A DNA stretch of 64,000 bases, from the NCBI GenBank assembly GCA_963813815.1, contig CAWFAD010000008.1, positions 175,208 through 239,207 of the forward strand, written 5' to 3'. The translations under genes were made by a program, and so were the position numbers. The DNA is from an uncultured bacterium (GTDB lineage Bacteria > Krumholzibacteriota > Krumholzibacteriia > Krumholzibacteriales > Krumholzibacteriaceae). Below are positions 1 through 9,895 of the stretch, in pieces (positions within the stretch are counted from its first letter, which is position 1; every line of letters starts with the position of its first letter). The notes under the pieces are model-generated. The model did not search any database and had not been told where the DNA came from. It saw nothing but the letters and a program-made list of their open reading frames with translations.

Positions 1-273
1 GACGTCGGCGTTCGACTTCTTGATCGTCTCGAGCGCGTTCCAGCCGGTCGCCGCGCCGGGATAGGCCGCGATCCGGCCGTCCTTCGCGAGCGCGAGGAGC
101 CTCGCGAGATCGAGGCCCTTCGGATCGTACACCGAGCCCTTGTTGACGTCGCTCACGGCGACGACCGAGCATTCGAACCCGTGCTCGCGCGCGAGACGCT
201 CGCGCTGCTTCAGCAGTATCTCGGCGAACCCCTGCCCCACGACCCCGAACCCGATGATTGCGATGCGGTACAT
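1..273 (-). CDS. hom: Homoserine dehydrogenase, N-terminal part (runs off the window start)
   Basis: Manual translation MYRIAIIGFGVVGQGFAEILL...VVAVSDVNKGSVYDPKGLDL: Rossmann GxGxxG as in HSD; downstream of a Met/Cys lyase; AAGGAGG RBS. Confidence 0.8.
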   Translation of the reverse strand, partial: MYRIAIIGFGVVGQGFAEILLKQRERLAREHGFECSVVAVSDVNKGSVYDPKGLDLARLLALAKDGRIAAYPGAATGWNALETIKKSNADV

Positions 274-319
274 GGCCGCCTCCTTCGTGCCGCGCCGCCG
301 CGGCGCTTCAGGTGAGTTC

Positions 320-1510
320 CTACGCGCGCTCGAGCGCGTTGTCGAGATCCTCGATGAGATCCTGCGCGTCCTCGATTCCCGCGGAGTACCGGATGAGGTT
401 GTCGGGCACCCCCGCCTTCGCCCGCTCCTCCGGGCCGAGCTGCCAGTGCGTCGTCGCCGCGGGTTGGATCGCCACCGTCTGCGACGAGCCGAGATGCGTC
501 GTATGCACGGCGATCTTGAGGTTGTCGATCACGCGACGCGCCGCCTCGAGCCCGCCCTTCACCCGGAACCCCAGGAGCGATGAAAAGCCGCTCATGTTGC
601 GTTTGGCGGCCTCGTGCTGGGGATGGCTCGGAAGGCCGGGGTAGAACACGGATTCGATCTTGGGGTGCTTTTCGAGAAACTTCGCGACCGCCATCGCGTT
701 GTCGCTGTGCTTGCGCATGCGGAGCGAGAGGCTCTCGAGCCCGAGGAGGCACAGCCAGCTGTTGAAGGGGGACGCCGTCGGCCCGATGTTGCGGAATCCG
801 ACGTGCCGCACGTGATTCACGAACTCGCTCTTCCCGACGACGACGCCGCTGAGGCTCGTGCCGTTGCCGCTGATGTATTTCGTCGCGGAGTGGATGACGA
901 TGTCGGCTCCGAGCTCGATCGGCCGCATGAGCGCCGGCGTGCAGATCGTGTTGTCCACCATGAGCGGGATGCCGTGCTTCTTGGCGAGCTTCGCGAGCGG
1001 CGGGAGGTCGGCGACGAAGAGGTTCGGGTTGCTCGGGCTCTCGACGTGGAGGAGCTTCGTCTTTGGCGTGATGAGCTTTTCCCACTCTTCGATCTTGTCG
1101 GGCTGCTCGACCCACTTCACCGAGATCCCCATCCGCGGGCACGAGACGGCGAAGAGCTGCTGCGTGCCGCCGTAGACGCGGATCGACGAGACGATCTCCT
1201 GACCGGCCTCGACGAGGTGGTGCAGCACCATGAAGATCGCGGCCATCCCTGAAGAGGTCGCGAGTCCGGCCTCGCCTCCCTCGAGCATCGCCATGCGCTT
1301 CTCGAAGATGTCGTTCGTGGGGTTGTTGATGCGGCCGTACGCGAACCCCTCGATCTTGTAGCTGTAGAGATCGGCGGCCCATTGCGCCGATTCGTACGGG
1401 AACACGGCGGCCTGAATGAGCGGCGGCGCCATCGTGTGGTAGCGGAGCTGCTCCTCCCACGGGAAGCCCCCCTTCACCGCCATCGTGTCGAACCGGTGTT
1501 TCTCTTCCAT
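320..1510 (-). CDS. PLP-dependent Cys/Met metabolism enzyme (O-acetylhomoserine sulfhydrylase / methionine gamma-lyase / cystathionine gamma-synthase family)
   Basis: YGRINNPT, SSGMAAI, ESPSNP, VDNT, HSATKY (PLP lysine), IRYSAGIED. Confidence 0.9.
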   Translation of the reverse strand: MEEKHRFDTMAVKGGFPWEEQLRYHTMAPPLIQAAVFPYESAQWAADLYSYKIEGFAYGRINNPTNDIFEKRMAMLEGGEAGLATSSGMAAIFMVLHHLVEAGQEIVSSIRVYGGTQQLFAVSCPRMGISVKWVEQPDKIEEWEKLITPKTKLLHVESPSNPNLFVADLPPLAKLAKKHGIPLMVDNTICTPALMRPIELGADIVIHSATKYISGNGTSLSGVVVGKSEFVNHVRHVGFRNIGPTASPFNSWLCLLGLESLSLRMRKHSDNAMAVAKFLEKHPKIESVFYPGLPSHPQHEAAKRNMSGFSSLLGFRVKGGLEAARRVIDNLKIAVHTTHLGSSQTVAIQPAATTHWQLGPEERAKAGVPDNLIRYSAGIEDAQDLIEDLDNALERA

Positions 1511-1546
1511 GTGGTCCTCCTTCCGGGAATCTTCCCGCGTTCGGTT

Positions 1547-2101
1547 CTATTTCCGTCGTGCGCGGCGCCTCGCCGGAGCGGCCTTTCCGCCGTTCGGCCC
1601 CTTCGCCTTTCCGTTCACCGGCACGCCTCCGAGCGGAATCGCCGTTTCGCGCTTCAGCGTCGACAGGACGAACATCGTTTTCACCTTGTCGATCCCTTTC
1701 GTCCGTGTGAGGCTCGTGAGCAGGAACCGCTCGTAATCCTCGATGTCGCGCGTATAGACCTTGAGGAGGTAATCCTCGCCCCCCGCGACGTGGTAACACT
1801 CGAGCACCTTCTCGCTCTCCCGGACGAAACGGTGGAAGTTCTCGATGGAGTCGGCGTGGTGCAGGTTGAGCGAGACGGCCACGAACGCGACCGTTCCGAG
1901 CCCGAGCTTGCGGCTGTCGAGAAGGGTGACGTACCGGTCGATGATGCCGCGCTCCTCGAGCTTCCGCACGCGCTCGAGGACGGCCGAGGGGCTGAGACCC
2001 ACCTCGGCGGCGAGCTGCACGTTCGGAATGCGCCCCTGCGTCTGCAGGATCTCGAGGATCCTCTTGTCGACGGGATGGATCGTTCCGTTTTCCGCGGCCA
2101 C
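1547..2101 (-). CDS. Lrp/AsnC family transcriptional regulator
   Basis: DKRILEILQTQGRIPNVQLAAEVGLSPSAVLERVRKLEERGII HTH, ECYHVAGGEDYLLKV; GTG start chosen after a GGAG RBS. Confidence 0.92.
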   Translation of the reverse strand: MAAENGTIHPVDKRILEILQTQGRIPNVQLAAEVGLSPSAVLERVRKLEERGIIDRYVTLLDSRKLGLGTVAFVAVSLNLHHADSIENFHRFVRESEKVLECYHVAGGEDYLLKVYTRDIEDYERFLLTSLTRTKGIDKVKTMFVLSTLKRETAIPLGGVPVNGKAKGPNGGKAAPARRRARRK

Positions 2102-2264
2102 GGACGCTCCAATCAGAATAATATTATACCGGATGTTTGCGTACCTGCAGATTGTCCTGCATTTGGCGGAAAATGTCAACTAATATGTTGAATATCTAGG
2201 CCGCAACAAACAATAGTTCTGAATATGTGCGCCCGGCCGAGGCCCGGCGAAGCCTTCGACGGCC

Positions 2265-2293
2265 TTGACGCGGGGGAGATTTTCCCTTAGAAT
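2265..2293 (+). promoter_or_regulatory. sigma70-type promoter
   Basis: TTGACG-17 nt-TAGAAT upstream of the 2353 ORF. Confidence 0.7.
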
Positions 2294-2352
2294 AGACCCG
2301 CAGCGGCGAATCTCATTTCATACATCCCAAAAGCGGAGGCCGGCGTGCGGAC

Positions 2353-3606
2353 ATGAACGCGCGGACTCCCATCGGACGCGTTGGAATCGTCCTCGCGGTC
2401 TCGCTAACCGTGTCGCTCCTCGTTTACGCGAGATCCTTCGACAACGGCTTTCGGAACGACGATTTCACATTCCTCGAGCATGTCGCCTCATCGCCGTTCC
2501 CCGAATGCATCATCCAGCCGAGCCATGAGTTCGCCTTCTACCGGCCCGGCGCCATATGCCTGTTCCTCGTCGAGCGCAGGCTCTTCGGGCTCGACGGCGG
2601 CTTGTATATTCTCTTCAACTATCTCGTTCACCTCGCGATCGCCGGCCTCGGCATCGGCCTCTTGCTGGCGCTCGGGTTCGAGAGGAGCGTCGCCGTTCTC
2701 GCCGGCTCGCTCTTTCTCGTGGGCGCCGGGCATTACGGCAAGACGGTGATGTGGGCGAGCTGCGGCGGGGCGCTCTTCGCCTGGATGCTTTCGATGATCG
2801 CCCTGACGCTCGCGGCGCGGTGGGCGAAGCGGCTCAAGGAATCCGTATCGATCGCTTTCCCCGGGGGATGGGCCCTCGCGGCGGGGGCCTTCGCGATCCT
2901 TCTCGGGGCCCCTTTCTTTCACGAGTCGGCGCTCGTCGCCGCCCCGCTTTCGATCTGCGTTCTCGCCTTCTTCGGCCGCTGTCCATGGAGACTGAAATTC
3001 ATCTGCGCCGCGGCGATGGCTGCGGCCGCTCTTTTTCCGGCCGCCGTGTTTCTCGCCATTCGCGTCCGGTATCCGGTCTACGGAGTCTCCCCGGATGCCT
3101 TCCCGGCGGCCGCGGGGGCCGCGGTGCGCTACCTCGGGTTCATGGCCCTCCCCCTGCAACCGTCCGTTATCGCCGAGCGCGCGCCGGCCGCGGTCGAATT
3201 CCTCGCGATGCACATCCAGCCGGTCCAATTCGCGGCGGGCGCCTTTCTGCTCCTCGCGGCCGCCGCGTGGATCCTCTCCCCTCTCGCGCGGAGAAGGGTC
3301 GTGGGGATCTGGCTCGTGCTCGCGCTGTGCCCCTTCATGCTCGTGCCGATGCCGGAAGGGTATCTCGAGCTGCGGTACCTGTACGGCGCGTCGTTCCCCT
3401 TCTCGGTCCTCGCGGCCGAGGCCTTCCTCTCGGCGCTCCGGAGCCGAAGGAGAGCTGCGAGGATCTCCGGCTGGACGATGCTCGCGTACGCGATCGTCGT
3501 CTCCGTCGCGCTCACGGCGATCCTGGAGGCGAAGTACGACGCCCGAGGCCGCGAGCGCGAGAGCATCGAGCGGCTCGAGGAGATCCGCTCGCTCAACCCT
3601 TTTTGA
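2353..3606 (+). CDS. Polytopic membrane protein, GT-C-like glycosyltransferase candidate
   Basis: Many hydrophobic segments; FRNDDF and FYRP in the first loop as in GT-C-like proteins; RYLY near the C-terminus. Confidence 0.55.
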   Translation: MNARTPIGRVGIVLAVSLTVSLLVYARSFDNGFRNDDFTFLEHVASSPFPECIIQPSHEFAFYRPGAICLFLVERRLFGLDGGLYILFNYLVHLAIAGLGIGLLLALGFERSVAVLAGSLFLVGAGHYGKTVMWASCGGALFAWMLSMIALTLAARWAKRLKESVSIAFPGGWALAAGAFAILLGAPFFHESALVAAPLSICVLAFFGRCPWRLKFICAAAMAAAALFPAAVFLAIRVRYPVYGVSPDAFPAAAGAAVRYLGFMALPLQPSVIAERAPAAVEFLAMHIQPVQFAAGAFLLLAAAAWILSPLARRRVVGIWLVLALCPFMLVPMPEGYLELRYLYGASFPFSVLAAEAFLSALRSRRRAARISGWTMLAYAIVVSVALTAILEAKYDARGRERESIERLEEIRSLNPF

Positions 3607-3639
3607 TCGCGACCCTCCTCCCGTCGCGAACAAATCTCA

Positions 3640-3668
3640 TTGACATATAATCAGTTATGGCGTACAAT
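3640..3668 (+). promoter_or_regulatory. sigma70-type promoter
   Basis: TTGACA-17 nt-TACAAT. Confidence 0.75.
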
Positions 3669-3749
3669 GGAGCTCAATAGGGGAAGCGATCGATCCATTC
3701 AATAGGCTCCGAGAGCGCTGCGTGCCGGGTTTTGCAAGGGGGTTCCGCC

Positions 3750-6275
3750 ATGCATGCTCATCCGCGTAAAGGGTTTGCCTTCGGCATGACGAAGTTGGCC
3801 GTTTCGTGCTTGCTGATGCTCCTTTCGAGCTCCAGCATCCTCGCCTCGAATAGGTTCTCATTCGATGCGTTCGAGATCTTTCCCGTGGATGCTCCGGTGA
3901 ACATCTGCAGCGCCGATTTGAACGGGGACGGAATCGCGGATCTCGCGACCAACGGCCCGTGCATCTCGATCCTTTTCGGGATCGGAAACGGGACGTTTCG
4001 GACGATGGTGCGGTACGTGCCGGACCCGGCTCGCGACGAATATCAGTCGCTCGTGGTCGCGGATTTCAACAAAGACGGCGCGACCGATCTCTCGATGGTG
4101 AGCCACGACTATCCCCCGATGCTCGTCATAGCTCTCAACGACGGGAGCGGCGGCTTCGAGCCGGGCATCTTGATTGCGCCGACCGCATACGCGGGCGGGC
4201 CTCAGAGCCTCGCCCTCTCCGATTTCAATGGGGACGGAAACGAAGACGTCGCGCTTCTTTACCGTGACAGCACGCCGGACTTCGTATCGATCTTCCTCGG
4301 CAACGGGGATGGAACGTTTCAGCCGGAGATCGTGACTGCCATCCCGACGGATTATACGAGTCTGAAGAACATCTGCGCGGCCGACTTCAACGGCGACGGC
4401 GACGCCGACGTCGCCTTCGCCGACTCATACAGCCTGAGCCTCATCGTCCTCTTGGGCCGGGGCGACGGGACCTTTCGCACGGGGCCGGTATGCAGCGACC
4501 TCCCCGAGACGCCGGGGGTCATGTCCGTCGCGGACGTGGATCTCGACGGCGACTGGGACATCGCGACCAACGGAAACGATTATTACGAAAGCGATTACTA
4601 TTTTTACGTCCTCCTCAACGCGGGAGACGGCGGATTCGACGACCTGTACACGAGCCCTCCTCAATCGTATCTCTACGGAGATCCGAAAGGCATTTTTGCT
4701 TCGGATCTCGACGGAGACGGCGACGCCGACATGGTCGTGCTCCACTGGTACCACGTCACCCTTTTCGAGAATGACGGAGCGGGGGTCTATGCGTTGATCG
4801 GCGGATATGAGACCAATATGGATCCGCGCGCATGCGTCGGGGATTTCGATCGCGACGGCGATAGCGATATCGCTTACGCCTCCTCTAACAACGACGCGAC
4901 GATTCTCCTCAACAACGGCGACACCACGTTCCGCGACGCCGACTATTATTTGAAGAGCGAAATCACGGCATTGAGCTCCGCGGATTTCAACCGCGACGGC
5001 AAGCCGGATCTCGCGGCCTCGACCTTCTATGGAAAGCTCGCGATATACCTCGGCGACGGCGAGGGCGCGTTGCAGGAGACGGCCAATTATGTCTCGAGCC
5101 CCGAGGCGCAATGGGTCGACATCGCGGATTACAACGCCGACGCCTTCGCCGACATCGCCATCAGCAACGGATATCAGAACACGGTCTCCATCCTGCTCGG
5201 CAACGGAGACGGAACGCTCCGGCCCAAGACGGACTATGCGGCGGGAGGCGTAGCGGTACAGATCTGTTCGGCCGATCTCGACGGCGATGGGGCGGTCGAC
5301 CTCGCCGCGGCGAACGTCGCTCCCTCGCAGATCAGCGTCCTCTTCGGAAACGGGGATGGAACCTTTCGAGCTCCCGTGGCATACGCGAGCCCGGCTGATC
5401 TGCCGCAGCCCTATTCCATATGCGCCGCGGATTTCGACGGCGACGGGGACGCGGATCTCGCCGTCGGCGCATATGAAACCACGTGGAGGGCGATCTCCCT
5501 CGGAGTGTTCATGAATAACGGGGACGGAACGTTCCAATCCCCGGCGCTGTACCACTCCACCCGCACGCGGAGAGTCATCGCCTCCGACGTCGATCATGAC
5601 GGCGACGTCGACATCGTGGCGCTGCACAGCGAAGGGATCGCTATACACCTGAACAACGGGTACGGGACGTTCTCCGTGTTGGCCGAGTACGCACTGGGCT
5701 ATGCGGACTCCTTCTGCCTATCCGATTTCAACCTCGACGGAAAATTGGATATCGCGGCCTGCGGAGGGTTTAGCTATACGGTATGGGTCAATGGGCTTCA
5801 TCTGCTGGCGGGAAACGGCGACGGGTCCTTCACGCCCCAGCAGACGTTCTTCGGACTCGGTCACGGCCGTTTGGTCGCCGGCGATCTCGAGAACGACGGC
5901 GATCCGGATCTCATCATCGCGGACTCTTACAGAATCATGGTCACGCACAACCTGGCGTCCGTCGCGACGGCAATCGGCGGCGAAGCGGCGATGCCGGCCC
6001 TGCCGTTCCTGTCGCAGAACTTCCCCAATCCCTTCAATCCCAGCACCACGTTCAGGGTCTCGCTGTCCACGCCCGGTCATGCGCGAATCGTCGCGTACGA
6101 CTCGGCGGGACGCTTGGTGGCAGTCATCGCCGATCGCTATTTTCCCGCGGGCGTTTCGGAGATTGTCTGGCACGGCAGGGACGAAAGGGGCGAAGCGCTC
6201 GCTTCGGGCGTTTATTTCGCGCGCATGACGATGAACGGACGCGCCCTGGCCAAGAAAGTCTTGCTGTTGCGATAG
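3750..6275 (+). CDS. Secreted FG-GAP/VCBS repeat protein with C-terminal FlgD-Ig/T9SS-like sorting domain
   Basis: Signal peptide; many DFNGDGxxDLA...GNGDGTF repeats; QNFPNPFNPSTT...KKVLLLR; start could also be 3786. Confidence 0.88.
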   Translation: MHAHPRKGFAFGMTKLAVSCLLMLLSSSSILASNRFSFDAFEIFPVDAPVNICSADLNGDGIADLATNGPCISILFGIGNGTFRTMVRYVPDPARDEYQSLVVADFNKDGATDLSMVSHDYPPMLVIALNDGSGGFEPGILIAPTAYAGGPQSLALSDFNGDGNEDVALLYRDSTPDFVSIFLGNGDGTFQPEIVTAIPTDYTSLKNICAADFNGDGDADVAFADSYSLSLIVLLGRGDGTFRTGPVCSDLPETPGVMSVADVDLDGDWDIATNGNDYYESDYYFYVLLNAGDGGFDDLYTSPPQSYLYGDPKGIFASDLDGDGDADMVVLHWYHVTLFENDGAGVYALIGGYETNMDPRACVGDFDRDGDSDIAYASSNNDATILLNNGDTTFRDADYYLKSEITALSSADFNRDGKPDLAASTFYGKLAIYLGDGEGALQETANYVSSPEAQWVDIADYNADAFADIAISNGYQNTVSILLGNGDGTLRPKTDYAAGGVAVQICSADLDGDGAVDLAAANVAPSQISVLFGNGDGTFRAPVAYASPADLPQPYSICAADFDGDGDADLAVGAYETTWRAISLGVFMNNGDGTFQSPALYHSTRTRRVIASDVDHDGDVDIVALHSEGIAIHLNNGYGTFSVLAEYALGYADSFCLSDFNLDGKLDIAACGGFSYTVWVNGLHLLAGNGDGSFTPQQTFFGLGHGRLVAGDLENDGDPDLIIADSYRIMVTHNLASVATAIGGEAAMPALPFLSQNFPNPFNPSTTFRVSLSTPGHARIVAYDSAGRLVAVIADRYFPAGVSEIVWHGRDERGEALASGVYFARMTMNGRALAKKVLLLR

Positions 6276-6313
6276 CGGCGGAGAGAGAGATCGCGCCGCG
6301 CGGATTCCGGAAC

Positions 6314-7558
6314 TCAACCCTTCTTGATCGTGATGTTTCCGTTCACCGTCTTGATCCGGACGAGGTGATCGCCGCCGCCGACAGCGCCCGTGCCGCGGAT
6401 GTGCCGGTGCTTGTTTCCCCAGTGCCCCTCCCAGTCGGCCGTTTCCTTGCGCTCCATGGGAAAATCGCTCTCGATGCGGTAGCGGCCCTCTTTCCCCTTG
6501 GAAAACTGCAGATCGATGTCGAACTCCATCGAAAGGCCCTCGGGCACGACGAGCGTGATGTCTCCGCCCATCGACGAGATCTCGACGTCGCGCTTTCCCT
6601 GCTTCGGGTCGCCCGTCATTCTGACGTCGACGTCGCCGCCCATCGTCGAAACGTCCACCCATCCGTCGACCGCCCCGACCTCGATGTCGCCGCCCATCGT
6701 GTTCGCCTTGACGAAGTTTCCCGCCGAGAGAATCTCGATGTCGCCGCCCATCGTCGAGGCCGTCGCGCCGCCCGGCGCATCCGCGATGTTCACGTCGCCG
6801 CCCATCGTCGAGACGTTCACCGCCTCGCCCCCCGCGACGTCGACGTCTCCGCCGTACGTTTTCGCCCTGACGTTCCGGTCCGTCTTCTCGATGACGATAT
6901 CGCCGCCCATCGTTCTCAGGTTCACTTCGTCGTCGGCGCTTCCGTCGGGACGGCCGGTGACGTTGCGATAGACGACTTTTCCGCCCATCGTGGAGCCCTT
7001 GAGGTTCCCCTTCACGTCCTCTATGAGAATGCTTCCGCCCATCGTGCTCACTTTCCCGTCCGCCTCGCATTCCCGCACCGTCACCGAACCGCCCATCGTT
7101 TCGAGATCGACGTCGCCCTTCACGCGGGAGAGATCGATGTCGCCTCCCATCGTCGAGCCCCCGATCTCACCGGCGACTCCCTCGATATCCACGGAGCCGC
7201 CCTTCGATTCGATCGAGACGTCGAATCGCTCCGGCACCTTGATGACGAAGCGCACGTCCGAGTCGCAGCCCCAGCGCCCCGAGCAGTGCGAATGAATCTT
7301 GAGGCTCCGGACGCCCGGATCGAAATCGACGCGCACGTCCTCGGCGTCCTTCCCCTTGATCTCGGCCGTGACGGATATCTCTTCTTTCGCCCAGCCGGCG
7401 ATTTCGAGGGAGCCACCCGTGTCGAGATCGAGCACGAGCCGGCCTTCCATCTTGACGGGAAACGTCTTCTCGATCGTGGCCGGCTTCGCCGCGGATTCGC
7501 GCGCACCGGCGGCCGAGACGACGATCATGACGAGCGAGAGCGCCAGCGGGTATTTCAT
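6314..7558 (-). CDS. Secreted DUF4097-family beta-strand repeat protein
   Basis: Signal peptide; repeated (S/T)TMGGD(I/V) units; ends VRIKTVNGNITIKKG. Confidence 0.85.
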   Translation of the reverse strand: MKYPLALSLVMIVVSAAGARESAAKPATIEKTFPVKMEGRLVLDLDTGGSLEIAGWAKEEISVTAEIKGKDAEDVRVDFDPGVRSLKIHSHCSGRWGCDSDVRFVIKVPERFDVSIESKGGSVDIEGVAGEIGGSTMGGDIDLSRVKGDVDLETMGGSVTVRECEADGKVSTMGGSILIEDVKGNLKGSTMGGKVVYRNVTGRPDGSADDEVNLRTMGGDIVIEKTDRNVRAKTYGGDVDVAGGEAVNVSTMGGDVNIADAPGGATASTMGGDIEILSAGNFVKANTMGGDIEVGAVDGWVDVSTMGGDVDVRMTGDPKQGKRDVEISSMGGDITLVVPEGLSMEFDIDLQFSKGKEGRYRIESDFPMERKETADWEGHWGNKHRHIRGTGAVGGGDHLVRIKTVNGNITIKKG

Positions 7559-7692
7559 ATCGAGGCTCCTTTCGAGGTGGTCGAACGCCGTACCTCTCAT
7601 ACTACGGCGCGGCGCACCCCGTGTTTCAGCGTTTTTCGACTCTCTCCCTTTTGCCTTTTCCCGGCGGCCAATCGCATGTTACAATGCGGCTT

Positions 7693-9423
7693 ATGAACGT
7701 GCGCATCGCCCTCGCACAGGTCAACCCCACGGTCGGCGATCTCGCGGGAAACGCCGCGCTCGCCCGGCGCCTGACGGCTGAGGCGAAGCGTCTCGGGTGC
7801 GGCCTCGTCGCCTTCCCCGAGCTGATGCTCTGCGGATACCCGCCGGAGGACCTCCTCCTCAAGCCGCGCTTTCTCGAGGACTGCGAGAGAACGCTCCGGC
7901 GCCTCGCCCGGGAGACCAGCGGCATCGCCGTTCTCATCGGCGCCCCCGCGCCGGCGGAGATCCCCGGCGGCCGCCCCTACAACGCGTGCCGCCTCCTCGT
8001 CGACGGCCGGATCGCCGCCACGTACCGCAAGATCAACCTCCCGAACTACGGCGTGTTCGACGAGCAGCGCTACTTCGAGCAGGGTCGGCTCGCGCTCGTC
8101 GCCCGCTTCGGCCGCGTGCCGGTCGCCGTCAACATCTGCGAGGACATCTGGGTGGAGGACGGCCCGGCGGAGGCGCAGACGGAGCTCGGCGGGGCGCGGA
8201 TCGTCGTCAACATTTCCGCCTCGCCCTACCACCGCGGCAAGGGCCGGGAGCGCGAGCGCCTCATGCGGCGGCGCGCGCGGGAGAACGGATGCTGGCTCTG
8301 CTACCTCAACCTCGTCGGCGGTCAGGACGAGCTCGTTTTCGACGGCTGCAGCGTCGTCGCCGATCCCGCCGGCCGCACGATCGCCCGCGGAAAGCAGTTC
8401 GAGGAGGATCTCCTCGTCGTCGACATCGATCCCGGCTCCGCGCCGGCCCGCCGGCGGCGGCCGGCCCGCCGGGCGGCGCGCCACATCGTCGAGATCGTCG
8501 ATCTGCCGGCGCTCCGGAGCGCGCGCGGCGCGCGGGCGCGGCGGCGCGTCGAACCGCACCCGCAGCCGATCGAGGAGGTCTACCGGGCGCTCGTCCTCGG
8601 CACGCGCGACTACGTCGAGAAGAACGGATTCTCGGGGGTCGTTCTCGGGATGAGCGGAGGAGTCGACTCGGCGCTCGTCGGAGCGATCGCCGCGGACGCC
8701 CTCGGCGAGGATCGCGTCGTCGCCGTCACCATGCCTTCGCCCTTCACCTCGCCCGAAACGCTTCGCGACGCGCGCGCGGTGTGCCGCAACCTCCGGCTGC
8801 GGATGATCGAGGCGCCGATTCACGCCGTCTACGAGTCGTTCATCGACACGATGCGACCCGCCTTCTCCGGAAAGCGTCCGGACGTCACCGAGGAGAATAT
8901 CCAGGCGCGCGTCCGCGGTAACATTCTCATGGCGCTCTCGAACAAGTTCGGCTGGCTCGTGCTCACGACGGGAAACAAGAGCGAGCTCGCCACCGGCTAC
9001 TGCACGCTCTACGGCGACATGGCCGGCGGGTTCGCCGTCATCAAGGACGTGCCGAAGACCCTCGTCTATCCGCTCTGCCGCTACCGCAACGCGCGGGCGC
9101 GGCGGCGGGTCATTCCGTCCTCCGTGTTGCGGCGACGCCCCACGGCGGAGCTCAGGGCGGGCCAGTGCGACGAGGACACGCTCCCGCCCTATCCCGTCCT
9201 CGACCGCATCATCGAGCTCTACGTCGAGCGGGACCGGAGCTTCGACGAGATCGTCGCCTCGGGGCTCGACCGCGCCGTCGTGCGGCGGACGCTCGGCATG
9301 ATCGACGGGAGCGAGTACAAGCGCCGCCAGGGCGCCCCGGGCATCAAGATCACGCCGAAGGCCTTCGGCCGCGACCGGCGGCTTCCCATCACGAACCGCT
9401 ACCGCGGGGCCGGCCATGACTGA
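7693..9423 (+). CDS. nadE: Glutamine-dependent NAD+ synthetase
   Basis: Nitrilase domain (FPEL, KINLPNYGVFDE, ICEDIW) plus synthetase SGGVDSA, ENIQARVRG, TGNKSELATGYCTLYGD, EYKRRQ. Confidence 0.95.
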   Translation: MNVRIALAQVNPTVGDLAGNAALARRLTAEAKRLGCGLVAFPELMLCGYPPEDLLLKPRFLEDCERTLRRLARETSGIAVLIGAPAPAEIPGGRPYNACRLLVDGRIAATYRKINLPNYGVFDEQRYFEQGRLALVARFGRVPVAVNICEDIWVEDGPAEAQTELGGARIVVNISASPYHRGKGRERERLMRRRARENGCWLCYLNLVGGQDELVFDGCSVVADPAGRTIARGKQFEEDLLVVDIDPGSAPARRRRPARRAARHIVEIVDLPALRSARGARARRRVEPHPQPIEEVYRALVLGTRDYVEKNGFSGVVLGMSGGVDSALVGAIAADALGEDRVVAVTMPSPFTSPETLRDARAVCRNLRLRMIEAPIHAVYESFIDTMRPAFSGKRPDVTEENIQARVRGNILMALSNKFGWLVLTTGNKSELATGYCTLYGDMAGGFAVIKDVPKTLVYPLCRYRNARARRRVIPSSVLRRRPTAELRAGQCDEDTLPPYPVLDRIIELYVERDRSFDEIVASGLDRAVVRRTLGMIDGSEYKRRQGAPGIKITPKAFGRDRRLPITNRYRGAGHD

Positions 9424-9895
9424 CCTCGCGATCCGGCCCTTTCGCCCCGAGGACAAGCCCGGCGTCGTCTCCATCATCGAATCGGTCTACCGCGTCTACG
9501 GCTACCGGCTCGACTTCGATCACTTCGACGCGGATCTCGTCGACGTCCAGACGACGTACCAGGACGCGGGGGGAGAGTTCTGGGCGGCGGACGAGGGCGG
9601 CTCGGTCGCCGGCTGCGTCGGCGTCCTGCCGCACGGGGCGGACGAGTGCGAGCTCAAGCGCCTCTACGTCGCCGGGGCGCGCCGCCGCCGCGGGCTCGCG
9701 ACGCGGCTCCTCGCGACGGCGCGCGGATGGGCGATCTCGAGGGGATACCGGCGGATGATTCTCTGGTCGGACGTGCTGCTCGCGGCCGCGCACACCCTCT
9801 ACCTCAAGAGCGGATTTCGGGCGACGAACGAGACGCGCGCGATCGATCCCACCAACCCGACGAGCGTCGAGCGGCGCTTCGAGATCGACCTCTAG
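9416..9895 (+). CDS. GNAT family N-acetyltransferase
   Basis: CELKRLYV...RRRGLATRLL...LYLKSGF; overlaps the nadE stop. Confidence 0.88.
   Translation: MTDLAIRPFRPEDKPGVVSIIESVYRVYGYRLDFDHFDADLVDVQTTYQDAGGEFWAADEGGSVAGCVGVLPHGADECELKRLYVAGARRRRGLATRLLATARGWAISRGYRRMILWSDVLLAAAHTLYLKSGFRATNETRAIDPTNPTSVERRFEIDL

Noticed and set aside
6600..7160. Recurring CGCCGCCCATCGT units that could look like a CRISPR-like array
   Set aside because: Short, in-frame coding repeats (TMGGD) of the DUF4097 protein
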